Shown here in pieces: positions 36,885-46,995 of a DNA stretch of 64,000 nucleotides (position 1 is the stretch's first letter; each line of letters begins with the position of its first letter). Where the stretch lies: assembly GCA_964399675.1 (NCBI GenBank), contig CAYNRK010000006.1, positions 1,886 through 65,885 on the forward strand. Reading direction: 5' to 3'. The position numbers and the translations under genes were made by a program. The DNA comes from an uncultured Gammaproteobacteria bacterium (GTDB lineage: Bacteria > Patescibacteriota > Patescibacteriia > UBA9934 > GWF2-40-263). Under the pieces are notes generated by a model. The model made no database searches, was not told the origin of the DNA, and saw only the letters and a program-made list of their open reading frames with translations.

Positions 36885-38299
36885 TCTTTAAGAAATCTCA
36901 TTATATCTAAAAATCTAAATGGGCTCCGTTTCCAAATAACGTTTATCTCTTTTATTTGCAAGCTTGCGCCAAGTTCTGCAATTCCAGGAGTTGAAAAAGT
37001 AATCTTCCAACTTTTTTTATCCATTAAGAGCTCGTCTTTTTTAAAACTTGCTTTTGCAACATTCCAATCTCCACGTTGTTCTGGTTTTTTGTACTGAGCA
37101 AAAATATAATCAACTTCAAGTGCATCCAAATCTGTATTGTAGAGCAAGCGAACAGGATCAGGATTAAAATATTGATCTGAGGAAAACGATATCATGCCAT
37201 CAATAAAAATTTCCGTGTTTGATTTTGGAACTGTTATTGGGACCACTCCAAAATGCGGAATGCTCGCGCGATACAAAACATACGGTTCATTCATTTCCAC
37301 AAACTCACCAGCAAGCTTAATGACCTGCACTCCTTCAGCGTTTCTTGTTTGAAAAGAAGGATGCTTTCCATTTGTCCAAAAACTCACAGACCTTGCAGGC
37401 TCACGATACCCAACTTCATCTCCCAAATAAACTCGATTCAAAAATGCAATATGTTGCTGTGTGGTTTTTATGTTTCTGACAAAAATATCTCGATTTATAT
37501 TTAGCACAACTTTATAAACTCCTTCTGACAATCCTTCTCTTTCAAGTGTTATCCGCCTGAGTTCTGACGGCTTTGCATTTGCACTTATATTACCGTCATC
37601 TTTTTCTTTTGCATCTGTTACAGGCTGGCCGTCTTCATTAAACACAACAATCGATACTGGATCTTGTCCATCTTCCCGATTCATATCCATGTATTCAAAA
37701 ACAAAATTCAGCTTTTCGTTTTTAATGTAAGTTTTAAATTCGTGATGACCGCGAAGTGTTGCAGCAATGGTTTGGGTTTTAAACGTAGGTTGATACTGTA
37801 AATCTCGATAGGGCTGTTCCAACTCTGCTCGATAGGTTGCGATTGTTTTTCTGGATGATGAATCTGACAAAAATTCATCAATCGATTCAAATTGCTTTTC
37901 TCTTTGCAAAAGAACCTGTCCATCTGATTCGATTCGATCCCAATTTGATTCATCAATAATCTTGTTTTCAAGCGAAGTAAAAGTGTATGCTTCGGGTTTT
38001 GTTGATGCAAGTCCGCCAAGTTCAATAATTGGCACGCTGTTGTTTTTATAGACGATCTCAAGTTCTATCTCATCAAAGTCGCGGTGCGGGTGCAAAAAGA
38101 AAAAAACCGGATCATCAATAATTGTATTACCATTTTCAACTCGACTATCCGGAAGCAACTGATCAACAAAAGCGGATCTGTCTGTTACATCATGTTTTGT
38201 CACAAACTCACCGCTTATTACCAACTCCTTATTAAACAACCAACCAAGAACCGCAAGCGGAATGATTATGATTATAAATTGTACGAGTTTAACCTTCAT
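36881..38299 (-). CDS. Hypothetical membrane-anchored extracytoplasmic protein (472 aa)
   Basis: It has an N-terminal TM and is in an operon with GT-C and CDP-alcohol phosphatidyltransferase genes. Confidence 0.45.
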   Translation of the reverse strand: MKVKLVQFIIIIIPLAVLGWLFNKELVISGEFVTKHDVTDRSAFVDQLLPDSRVENGNTIIDDPVFFFLHPHRDFDEIELEIVYKNNSVPIIELGGLASTKPEAYTFTSLENKIIDESNWDRIESDGQVLLQREKQFESIDEFLSDSSSRKTIATYRAELEQPYRDLQYQPTFKTQTIAATLRGHHEFKTYIKNEKLNFVFEYMDMNREDGQDPVSIVVFNEDGQPVTDAKEKDDGNISANAKPSELRRITLEREGLSEGVYKVVLNINRDIFVRNIKTTQQHIAFLNRVYLGDEVGYREPARSVSFWTNGKHPSFQTRNAEGVQVIKLAGEFVEMNEPYVLYRASIPHFGVVPITVPKSNTEIFIDGMISFSSDQYFNPDPVRLLYNTDLDALEVDYIFAQYKKPEQRGDWNVAKASFKKDELLMDKKSWKITFSTPGIAELGASLQIKEINVIWKRSPFRFLDIMRFLKD

Positions 38300-39870
38300 T
38301 TCTTAAATAGTTTATAAAGGGATTCTTTATCAAATGTTTTTTCTTTTTTGATTTGTAATCCAAGCTTTTTTAATTTTCTTTGATTCAAGTACTCCAAATC
38401 TTCGTCTGGAAAAGTTATTCCATAATAATAAAGTGAATGTGATTCAACAATAGCCGGCATAAGAGAATAGGTTTGATCTGATCGAAGTGGATACAAAACA
38501 TTTCTGTATGGGAAAAAGAGTTTGTCTGATCGATCAACAATAATTATTGAATCATTGGGTGTTTGTGCAAGAATCTCATTACGAATCTCTTTTGATGCTT
38601 GGAGTGTTTTTGAAACACGAATCAATCCATCTTGCCCAGCAGAAAACGTTGCAAAAACATTTAAGCAAAAAACCGCTGCAAGAATGGCGATAAGAACCGG
38701 TGTGTGGAAAGTTTTTCTTTGAGCTTGTTGAGAAATCCAAACAAGCGCATATGCAATAAATGGAATTGAGAAGATATAAAGTGGAAGCCAGTAACGGACA
38801 TAAGAATTTGCAATGGTGATTTGGGTTGGATCAGGATTATCAAAAAAGACCCAGCTTCCATAAAACAAAACCAACCAAACACACGCAGCTGTTCCAATCA
38901 AGAAAAATAACCATCGATGAACACGTTTCTTTTTTTCCTTTTGTTGCAAAAAAACTGAAACACCCACAAGAGCCAAAAGAGACAGCCACCAAAAAAGCAC
39001 AAAGCCATAATTTCTAAAATGTTGTTTGGCTATGCGAGGGTGAAGCCCGAACGGGAATAAACTCGAGCTTTGGTCAACAAGTTCTTCTGTTGTGCTTGCT
39101 ACCGAATCCTCAATAGTGTAGCCGCTATTGAAAATCCCGTTAAAGGTTACTTGATTGAAAAAAAGAATAATGGCAACACCCAAAACTAAACCAATGATTG
39201 CTTGCGTAACATTTTTTCGATTCCAATACTTGTAAAACAGCAAAGCTATTATGAACGTTGCAGGAAGCACCCATAATGCTTCTGAAGTTCTGACAAAAAT
39301 AGACAAACCAATAAACAGTCCGCCCAGAAAGAAATTCTTTCTATGTTCAACAAAGAAAAAATAGAGGGCAATCACGAGCAAGCAGACAAACAAAACATTA
39401 TGCATTAACCCGCGGGCACTGTAATACCAAATCGCAGGATGAAACAAAAAAAGAAGTGAGCTTACAAATGCAACATCTTTTTTAAACCAAACCTCCATTA
39501 ATCGATAAAAAAGCCATGCTGTTGCAATAACAATAAGCGGCGTTAAGATAGCAAGAATAGATGATCCGAAAATTGAAGCTATAACACCATATAAAACAGG
39601 TAGCCCCAAAAAACTTCCCGGCAACAACTTCCCTTCATATGAGACAACACTGCGAGGACGAATTGCGTTATCAAAATATTCGTTAATGGGTGAAGAGGCC
39701 TGAAGCGATCCGGTCTCTGCAAATTGTTTTGCAAAAAAAGCATTGGCGGTTTCATCCGGAGAAATGTAGATGTTTCCATTTTGCGCAAGAATTAAAGAGC
39801 TGATAAAAAATACAACCGCACAAGCGGCAAAAATCCATATTCTTTGTTTGTTCATTTTTTTAAGCACCAT
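38296..39870 (-). CDS. GT-C fold membrane glycosyltransferase (ArnT/PMT-like)
   Basis: It has 11 or more predicted TM helices. An N-terminal SPDET (DE-type) loop motif is present and the layout is ArnT-like. Confidence 0.5.
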   Translation of the reverse strand: MVLKKMNKQRIWIFAACAVVFFISSLILAQNGNIYISPDETANAFFAKQFAETGSLQASSPINEYFDNAIRPRSVVSYEGKLLPGSFLGLPVLYGVIASIFGSSILAILTPLIVIATAWLFYRLMEVWFKKDVAFVSSLLFLFHPAIWYYSARGLMHNVLFVCLLVIALYFFFVEHRKNFFLGGLFIGLSIFVRTSEALWVLPATFIIALLFYKYWNRKNVTQAIIGLVLGVAIILFFNQVTFNGIFNSGYTIEDSVASTTEELVDQSSSLFPFGLHPRIAKQHFRNYGFVLFWWLSLLALVGVSVFLQQKEKKKRVHRWLFFLIGTAACVWLVLFYGSWVFFDNPDPTQITIANSYVRYWLPLYIFSIPFIAYALVWISQQAQRKTFHTPVLIAILAAVFCLNVFATFSAGQDGLIRVSKTLQASKEIRNEILAQTPNDSIIIVDRSDKLFFPYRNVLYPLRSDQTYSLMPAIVESHSLYYYGITFPDEDLEYLNQRKLKKLGLQIKKEKTFDKESLYKLFKK

Positions 39871-40438
39871 AAGTGAACAAACTAATTACTGCCATCACAA
39901 CAGCAATCGATAGCGTGCCGATCGAAATTGGAATAAATAAATCAAGTCCAGCCCACAGCGCAATAAGCAGAAGACACACGCCAAGGACTTGCAAAAACAT
40001 TTTTGTTTTTCCAAAAACATTTGCGCTGATTTTTTTTCCTTCCAATCGTTGAAAGTATGCACCAAGAATAATCAATGACTCAACAATAATTATCACTAAA
40101 CCAAAAATTACGTTTACATACTTAGTGACAACAATAAGTACAACCAGTCCAATAAATAATTTGTCAGCGATTGGGTCATACAATGTACCCCAATCTGTAA
40201 TCTGTTTTCTAAGACGCGCAAGCGAACCATCAATCGCGTCTGTAAACGCGATTAGAATAAAAATCGGTATTCCAATTCCAAACTGTTCGGTCATCAAAAA
40301 CCACATCACTATTGGCACGCACAGCATGCGAAATATAGTGATCATGTTTGGCGTAATGAATTTTGGAATCAGCGGAATGATCGTATACCGCATGATGTGA
40401 TCATGCGGATAGAGCTTGTATGGATCTCGCTGCTTCAT
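39860..40438 (-). CDS. CDP-alcohol phosphatidyltransferase family protein
   Basis: The signature D-x2-DG-x2-AR...G-x3-D-x3-D is present as DAIDGSLARL...GTLYDPIADK. Confidence 0.65.
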   Translation of the reverse strand: MKQRDPYKLYPHDHIMRYTIIPLIPKFITPNMITIFRMLCVPIVMWFLMTEQFGIGIPIFILIAFTDAIDGSLARLRKQITDWGTLYDPIADKLFIGLVVLIVVTKYVNVIFGLVIIIVESLIILGAYFQRLEGKKISANVFGKTKMFLQVLGVCLLLIALWAGLDLFIPISIGTLSIAVVMAVISLFTYGA

Positions 40439-40471
40439 ACTGTGCTACAATAATTAACGAAATATTCTTTT

Positions 40472-42583
40472 ATGCGAGTTCTCTCTTCAGCCTACTTTAC
40501 CACTTCCTCTGTGCTTTTCCTAGCGCTTTTTGTTTTAAATACTTTTGTTTGGAAAAATCCATGGGCGGGTATTATTCTGTTGATTTTTTTCTTTATTAGG
40601 TACGGTTCGCTTGTTGGAAAACAATTAAGCCCGGATGAACCCTCTGCGCACTGGTGGCTTGGATCATTTATAATTTTGTCATGCGTAAGCATTTTTGGAT
40701 CTTTGGCATATTATATTTGGAGCATGCCTGCTGCCCTATTCCAAATTCTTGCAATTCTCATTATCGGATTTGCGCATTTAAAAACCAAACACCATATAAA
40801 AAATCCGTTCCGTCATGTTCATAAACTTTTTAAAATAAAAGAGCACAAACTCCCTCAAGCAACATTGATATCCTCGGCCATTATTTTATTTCTGGTCTTT
40901 TTTATTTTACTTTACCTTGGAGATCACCAAATCGTTGATGCAGTACGATCACAATGGGAACGCATGGACTCTTCTCTTTTCTTGCTAATGGGATTGAGTC
41001 TGTTTTTGTTATTTGGCCTACTAATGCGAGGCAAAGAAAAATCAATGGTTCTTGTGTTGGTGTCTGTTGTTTTGTTTGCTTTTGTTTCTGTTGCTGCAAT
41101 AGCTTTTCCAATCGGTTTTGGATTTGACACATTTATTCATGAAGCAACGGTTACTCACATTGCAGAATTTGGCACAATCAGCCCAAAGCCATTTTATTAT
41201 ATTGGCCAATATTCAATTGTACTTTTTTTGCATCACGCATTTTCCTTACCACTTGAAATCATCAATACTTATCTTGTTCCGGTATTAACCGCCTTATTTC
41301 TCCCATCTGTTTGGTTCTTTGCTGCTGCGCACATGCTTAAGAAAAAACAAGATGCAATGGCAACGCTCATGGGGCTGTTCCTTTTACCGCTTTCGCTTTT
41401 TATAATTTCAACACCTCAAGCGCTTGCCAACCTTTGGATCTTGCTCACAATCCTTATGAGCATTCCGATCTTGTTGGGCAAACCTGTTCTTAAAAGGCTG
41501 TGGCTTATTGTTCCGGTATTAAGCGCGCTGTTCATCCACCCAATCGCCGGGATTCCGATTGTCTTGTATGTTACATTATTATTTTTACATCCTGAAGATC
41601 AGCCCACGCAATGGAAACAAAAAGCTAAAACATTATTCTGGCTTATTGCAGCTTTGGCAGCAATAGTTTTACCACTCAGCTTTCTTGTAAACTCAGTCCT
41701 TGCCGGAAACGGACCTTCTCTTGATCTGTCTGGATTTAGCTTTTCTAGTATTTTGAATCTTAATATCTTTTTTGAAAATCGATTTAATCCAATTCTTGAT
41801 TTTGTTTATTTGTATGGTTTTAATGCATCGCTCATTCTCTTTTTGATTGCCGGCTTTGCATGGTTTGAATATAAAAAAGATCTGCCTCAACGATTTTCCA
41901 TAACACTAATTATGGCAGCTGCGCTGTTGGTGAACTTCATTCTGATGAAAACAATTGTAGACTTTTCATTTTTGATTGATTACGAACGCCTTAACTATGC
42001 AAACCGTTTGGTGCCCTTGATGATCTTTTTCCTTGTGCCGTATCTGCTTCTTGGATTTGGACATTTTGTAATGAACATTCGATCGCGTCCAATAGCGATC
42101 AAAGCGTTTTCAATTGTGCTCTTAGCAACAATTGGCACAAGTGCGTTTTATCTTGCTTATCCACGTCGCGATGCATATGCAACAAGTCATGGATTCAATG
42201 TTGGCCAGGCTGATATTAAAACGGTTCATGAAATTGAAAACTGGTCTAATAATGAACCATATCTTGTTCTTGCCAATCAATCTGTTTCTGCAGCAGCAAT
42301 ATCGGAAATTGATTTTCGTTACTATAACAATCTGTTTTTCTATCCAATACCAACCGGCGGTGATCTTTATCAAAAATTTTTGAGCATGAATGATCATCCT
42401 ACACGCGACATAGCAAAAGAAGCTCTGAAGCTTGTGCCAATGCACGGAGATGTAAATATGCTTTACTATGTTGTAAACACCTACTGGTGGCAAGCGCCCA
42501 GAATAATTGAAACAGCAAAAACAACCGCCAATGAATGGCGGTCGGTTGATAATGTTGTTTTTATCTTCCGTTACGATTTTTAA
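40472..42583 (+). CDS. Large polytopic membrane protein (703 aa), possibly a GT-C-like glycosyltransferase or polymerase
   Basis: It has many TM helices over the first about 560 aa and a soluble C-terminal domain. Confidence 0.4.
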   Translation: MRVLSSAYFTTSSVLFLALFVLNTFVWKNPWAGIILLIFFFIRYGSLVGKQLSPDEPSAHWWLGSFIILSCVSIFGSLAYYIWSMPAALFQILAILIIGFAHLKTKHHIKNPFRHVHKLFKIKEHKLPQATLISSAIILFLVFFILLYLGDHQIVDAVRSQWERMDSSLFLLMGLSLFLLFGLLMRGKEKSMVLVLVSVVLFAFVSVAAIAFPIGFGFDTFIHEATVTHIAEFGTISPKPFYYIGQYSIVLFLHHAFSLPLEIINTYLVPVLTALFLPSVWFFAAAHMLKKKQDAMATLMGLFLLPLSLFIISTPQALANLWILLTILMSIPILLGKPVLKRLWLIVPVLSALFIHPIAGIPIVLYVTLLFLHPEDQPTQWKQKAKTLFWLIAALAAIVLPLSFLVNSVLAGNGPSLDLSGFSFSSILNLNIFFENRFNPILDFVYLYGFNASLILFLIAGFAWFEYKKDLPQRFSITLIMAAALLVNFILMKTIVDFSFLIDYERLNYANRLVPLMIFFLVPYLLLGFGHFVMNIRSRPIAIKAFSIVLLATIGTSAFYLAYPRRDAYATSHGFNVGQADIKTVHEIENWSNNEPYLVLANQSVSAAAISEIDFRYYNNLFFYPIPTGGDLYQKFLSMNDHPTRDIAKEALKLVPMHGDVNMLYYVVNTYWWQAPRIIETAKTTANEWRSVDNVVFIFRYDF

Positions 42584-42587
42584 GTAG

Positions 42588-42636
42588 CAAGACTATTTTC
42601 CGACGATCGTCGGAAAATAGTCTTGTTTTTGTTTTG
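42588..42636 (+). terminator. Intrinsic terminator with a perfect 17-bp stem (CAAGACTATTTTCCGACGA/TCGTCGGAAAATAGTCTTG)
   Basis: It is followed by TTTTTGTTTTG. Confidence 0.65.
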
Positions 42637-42671
42637 CAAAAGCTCGGCCACGTCGCTCAAGAGCGACGTGG

Positions 42672-42700
42672 TTGACAATTTGAGGTTTTCAAGACATAAT
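42672..42700 (+). promoter_or_regulatory. Promoter TTGACA-17-CATAAT for cassette 6, preceded by the hairpin CCACGTCGCTC-aaga-GCGACGTGG
   Basis: The -35 is a perfect consensus, the spacer is 17 nt, and the hairpin abuts the -35. Confidence 0.45.
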
Positions 42701-42745
42701 CAATCGTCACAAAAACGTGGCAAAAGTGAGAAAGGAGGGCTTGTT

Positions 42746-43345
42746 GTGAGCCAGTTCTTTTCAGTGGCCGCGAACGTTTTGATCGTCGTGGTCATGGTGA
42801 TCTACTTCAAACAGGTTGTGAAAGGGGTTTCAGTCCCGAACCCATCGGCCTGGCTTATCTGGATCATCATTGGGCTCATGAATATGGTGAGCTACTTCCT
42901 GGTCGTGCGCGGTGATCTGTGGCAATCGTTGATCACCATTGTTACCTTCGCAGGTTTCATATTCATCTTTGTTTATGCCACAGTGAAAGGAAAATTCGCC
43001 GGCTTTAGCAAAGCGGACATGTTCTATTTCATCCCGGCTCTTGTGGTCGGAGTGATATGGCAGACAACCGGCAATGCAGATCTTGCAAACATCAGTTTGC
43101 AAATCGTGTACCTCCTCTCTTACCTCCCGATCGTACACGGACTACTCAGTCATAGACTCCGCGAAAAGTCACTGCCCTGGAATCTGGCGTCGATATCCTA
43201 CTGCCTGATGATTCTGGCCATTGTGACCGCTGACTCCTGGCGCTGGATTGCGCTCGTCCATCCAATTGCCAATGGAATCGTCGGAAACGGCAGCGTTATC
43301 CTGGCCATCCATCTGCAAGCACGAAAAACTCGGAAGGCAAAGTAA
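42746..43345 (+). CDS. Hypothetical 6-TM membrane protein (199 aa), GC-elevated cassette 6
   Basis: The GTG start lies 7 nt after AAGGAGG. GC is about 52% by eye. Confidence 0.45.
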   Translation: MSQFFSVAANVLIVVVMVIYFKQVVKGVSVPNPSAWLIWIIIGLMNMVSYFLVVRGDLWQSLITIVTFAGFIFIFVYATVKGKFAGFSKADMFYFIPALVVGVIWQTTGNADLANISLQIVYLLSYLPIVHGLLSHRLREKSLPWNLASISYCLMILAIVTADSWRWIALVHPIANGIVGNGSVILAIHLQARKTRKAK

Positions 43346-43396
43346 GCCGCCCGTCAGCCTCGTTGGAGAATCAAATCTCCCACGGGGTGTTTCTTT

Positions 43397-44599
43397 TTAA
43401 AGAGGAAACAACTTTTCCAACTCGTCCACGTACTTTTTAACTGAATGCTTTTCAGCTTCCTTTTGAATCTTTTCTGTCCAATCCCAATACTTTTCTTTAT
43501 TATCAATCAAATCTTGAATCTTGCGCACAAGGTTTTTTTTATTTCCCGGTTCAAACAACCAACCGTTCTCCCCGTCTTTTACAAGCTCAGGAATACCTCC
43601 GATGCTTGCGGCAAGCACAGGCACACCAACACAGAAACTTTCATAAATAATCGTTGGTGAATTTTCATAACAGATTGATGGCAAAACCATTACGTCAGAG
43701 AAGGCAAGAAGTTTATTTAGATTGCCCATTGAAACAAAACCATGTCGATGAATACGAGAATCACGTCTACACCATTCATTTACATATTCTTCCAGTGATC
43801 CTGTTCCTGCAATATATAACTCAACTTCATCGCCAAAATCATTCATTGCTTCTAAAAGGAGAGTGATCCCCTTGTGCATTTCAAGCTGTCCAACAAACAC
43901 CAACCGCACCGGACCTGGAATTCGCTCTTTTCTCATTGCTTGTATTTTGAGCGAAACTGGATTTGGAATAACTTTAACATCAACTTTTTTGAACATGCCC
44001 CTTTCTTTATAAAACTGTGCCAAAAACCTTGAGGGTGAAATAAAAACATTTGGCAAGCCAAAGACTTTCTCAATCGTGCGCTCATACCAAGTCCGAAACA
44101 ACGATTCATTTAGCCAAGTTTTTTCATTTCCATACATAAGCAATCCGCTTGGCACTGAAAGTTGAACATCATGAAGAGTGTGAATGTGAAAAATTTTCTT
44201 TTTCTGAATGGTCTTGGATATTTTCAAACCAATCCCCTTTAAATTGTGAGTGATAATAATATCTGGCTTTTCCTTTTCAATTACTAATTTCATTGCTTTG
44301 GCAGGCAACGGACTAAAAAGATCAATCAAATGCCACAGTGCTCGAACTAAAAATGGCTTATTGCCCTCTGTTAAATGATAAAGATTCAGAGGATAAAACC
44401 TATAAACATCTTCTATTTGTCTTTCAGTAATCTGTGGAAAAAGACTTGAAATACCACTGTACTTTTTTGTACTAAGCACAAACACTTTGTGACCACGGCT
44501 ATACAACTCATCAGCAATTCTTTGTGCAACAAGCTCGGCCCCGCCCCTGACCATTGGTGGATATAGATTTGAAACAATACCAATTTTCATATTTTTCAT
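43397..44599 (-). CDS. Glycosyltransferase family 4 (GT-B, group 1)
   Basis: The start is ATG at 44599 (MKNMKIGIV). The C-terminal E-x7-E block is ENSPTIIYESFCVGVPVLAA. The ORF-track extension covers repeat B2. Confidence 0.65.
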   Translation of the reverse strand: MKNMKIGIVSNLYPPMVRGGAELVAQRIADELYSRGHKVFVLSTKKYSGISSLFPQITERQIEDVYRFYPLNLYHLTEGNKPFLVRALWHLIDLFSPLPAKAMKLVIEKEKPDIIITHNLKGIGLKISKTIQKKKIFHIHTLHDVQLSVPSGLLMYGNEKTWLNESLFRTWYERTIEKVFGLPNVFISPSRFLAQFYKERGMFKKVDVKVIPNPVSLKIQAMRKERIPGPVRLVFVGQLEMHKGITLLLEAMNDFGDEVELYIAGTGSLEEYVNEWCRRDSRIHRHGFVSMGNLNKLLAFSDVMVLPSICYENSPTIIYESFCVGVPVLAASIGGIPELVKDGENGWLFEPGNKKNLVRKIQDLIDNKEKYWDWTEKIQKEAEKHSVKKYVDELEKLFPL

Positions 44600-44775
44600 A
44601 ATCCTCCGACGAACCATCAGGTTATCATCAACAGGTACGTTGGATAATTTCGCCAGCACGAGCGATAGCGAGTCTGCCGAAATTATACAACGTGACTGTC
44701 CTTCAAAGTTCTCTACGGAGATTGCTTCGCCCCTTTTCACGAAAGGGGGCTCGCAACGACGCAGGGGGCAATGAC
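44600..44775. repeat. Family-B leader-like repeat, copy 2 (immediately upstream of the GT4 start codon)
   Basis: It reads AATCCTCCGACGAAC...ACGTTGGATAATTTCG...CGAAATTATACAACGT...GCCCCTTTTCACGAAAGGGGGC. Confidence 0.6.
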
Positions 44776-44781
44776 GCAAAG

Positions 44782-45948
44782 CTAATAAGATCGATTGCTC
44801 TGTTGAGACAAGACTGAACAATAAGTTTGTTCAAGCTTGGTAATCAAAGGATCCCAGTGAAATTCTGCTTCTGCTCTGGCGCGTGCTGATGCGCCGAGTC
44901 GCTTTCGCAAATCTGTTTGTTCAAGCAAAAGCAAAATCGCTTTTTTAAGCTCCTCTTCATCACCTGCCGGAACAAGCAACCCCGTATTCCCATCTTGCAC
45001 CACTGTTCTTACTCCTGGCAAGTCTGAGGCAATTGTTGGAATCCCACTTGCTGCAGCTTCGAGTGCAACCAAACCAAATGCTTCAGCACGTTGCGTTGAT
45101 GGAAAAACATGAATGTCTGAACCACTGTAATACTTAGGCAAATCCTTATCTGAAACATTACCAACAAAAACAACGTGATCAAAAAGACCCAACTTCTCCG
45201 CTGTTGCTGCATAGCTTTGCTGAAGGCTTCCGGAACCAACAATCAACAATTTCCAATCATAAGATTTTAAACTGGAAAGTGTTTGCAAAAGAATTGGTAG
45301 GCCTTTGAAGTGATGTGCAGGATCAAGACCGCCAACAAATAAAAGAACTGGAGTTGTTTTTTTAATATTATGACTTTCTTTTATAAAAACATTGTCGCTT
45401 GGACGAAATCGTTCCAAATCAATTCCAAACGGATGAATCTCTAATCGATCCATAGCGCCATGTACATCTGCAAGCGCGGACGATTCTGCATAATCTTTTG
45501 TGCTGGCAAGTATACGATCCACACGCCCAATTAACCATGGAAACAAAAGTCGTCTATGCATTCCAAAAACCGCACCCTTAACACCGGAAGCAACTGCATC
45601 CATATGATACGAGAGAACTAATCCTTGATCCTTTCGCATGGCCTTTCGCACAACAACCGGTTCAGCACCTCCAAAAAACGGATAGTGAAGATGAACCAAA
45701 TCAAAACCTGACAAGCGTTTGTAAAGCGATGGCATTACCCCAGCATTTCCAACATGAATCAAACTTGGAATACGATGGATATGTTTTGGATCCTCAACCT
45801 CCTGTTTTTTCGTTGTAAAAACATGGACATTATATCCTCTGTCTCTTAGACGCTCTGTGTACTCAAACGCAACATTCCCCATCCCACCCCGATATGGTGG
45901 ATAAGTACAAACAACTTGAGCGATTTTGATTTGTTTTTGTTCTACCAC
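44782..45948 (-). CDS. Glycosyltransferase family 4
   Basis: It reads QRAEAFGLVALEAAASGIPTIASDLPG and has GT-B architecture. Confidence 0.65.
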   Translation of the reverse strand: MVEQKQIKIAQVVCTYPPYRGGMGNVAFEYTERLRDRGYNVHVFTTKKQEVEDPKHIHRIPSLIHVGNAGVMPSLYKRLSGFDLVHLHYPFFGGAEPVVVRKAMRKDQGLVLSYHMDAVASGVKGAVFGMHRRLLFPWLIGRVDRILASTKDYAESSALADVHGAMDRLEIHPFGIDLERFRPSDNVFIKESHNIKKTTPVLLFVGGLDPAHHFKGLPILLQTLSSLKSYDWKLLIVGSGSLQQSYAATAEKLGLFDHVVFVGNVSDKDLPKYYSGSDIHVFPSTQRAEAFGLVALEAAASGIPTIASDLPGVRTVVQDGNTGLLVPAGDEEELKKAILLLLEQTDLRKRLGASARARAEAEFHWDPLITKLEQTYCSVLSQQSNRSY

Positions 45949-46994
45949 ACAATAAATTGTTTTAATATCGACCAGATGATTTGAAGCACGGGGTTTCCAA
46001 TTTCCTCAACAACTTTACTTGATGTTTCTTGATGATCAATCTTTCCTGTAAAAATTGACACAATCTTTTCATCACTAACTTTTCTAATAATTTTTGAGCG
46101 CTTACGAGACTTAAACACGTAAACCCAAGTGCTTGGTTTTAGAAATTGAAAATAAACAAATAACTTTTCTTTGATCCAACCGCCTTTTATTGCAAAAAAC
46201 AAAAGCGCAATTTCCATTACAAACAAGAATGGCAAAAGAACCAAAATCGTTCCGCACTTAAGATGCGAAAAATGAACTAAAATTCTATTTCGTTCCATCC
46301 AATAAAACTTTGTAATGGATCGCTTGAATTCATAATCATGAAAAGCAATCGATTTCATTGATAGAACGTTTTTGAATCCAGCCAAACGAATTCTCCAACC
46401 AAGTTCCAAATCCTCGTGATAGAGAAACAAAAACGGATCAAGAAGACCAACTTGTTTTAAAACTGTTGCTCTGTACAAAACCGCTGCTCCACTTGCGTAT
46501 GCAATTTCTTCCCCGTCTTTGCGATCAACATCAGACACTTTTGCACCGTTGTCTCTGACAAAACCAAAACCCAAAAAATGAACCATGCCACCTGTTGAGT
46601 TTAAAACATTTTCTTGCCTCCAAAGTTTCATTACTGACTGAACTGATCCAATCTCTTTATCTGACTCAGCAAGTGCAACTGCTTCTTTAATTGCTTGGGG
46701 TTCAAGTTTTAAATCATTATTGTGAAGATAAATATAATCAGCACCCTCAAGAAGTGCGTGTTCGGTTCCCAAATTATTTCCACCAGCAAATCCCAGATTC
46801 TTTCCACTTGGAAAAAATGTAATACCATCCATTTTTCTTAAAACCTCTTGCGACCCATCTTTTGAATCATTATCAACCACAATAATTTCCAACCTGTCTT
46901 TTGGATAGTCAAGATTGTCTAAAGCAGAAAAAACCTCTTTAAGGTATTTTTTTCCATTATAAGATAGGTAAATTATCGCAACTTTTGGAAGCAT
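45942..46994 (-). CDS. Glycosyltransferase family 2 with a C-terminal membrane region
   Basis: It has an N-terminal GT-A domain with VDNDSKDGS (DxD) and TM helices in the C-terminal third. Confidence 0.6.
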   Translation of the reverse strand: MLPKVAIIYLSYNGKKYLKEVFSALDNLDYPKDRLEIIVVDNDSKDGSQEVLRKMDGITFFPSGKNLGFAGGNNLGTEHALLEGADYIYLHNNDLKLEPQAIKEAVALAESDKEIGSVQSVMKLWRQENVLNSTGGMVHFLGFGFVRDNGAKVSDVDRKDGEEIAYASGAAVLYRATVLKQVGLLDPFLFLYHEDLELGWRIRLAGFKNVLSMKSIAFHDYEFKRSITKFYWMERNRILVHFSHLKCGTILVLLPFLFVMEIALLFFAIKGGWIKEKLFVYFQFLKPSTWVYVFKSRKRSKIIRKVSDEKIVSIFTGKIDHQETSSKVVEEIGNPVLQIIWSILKQFIVW

Positions 46995-46995
46995 A

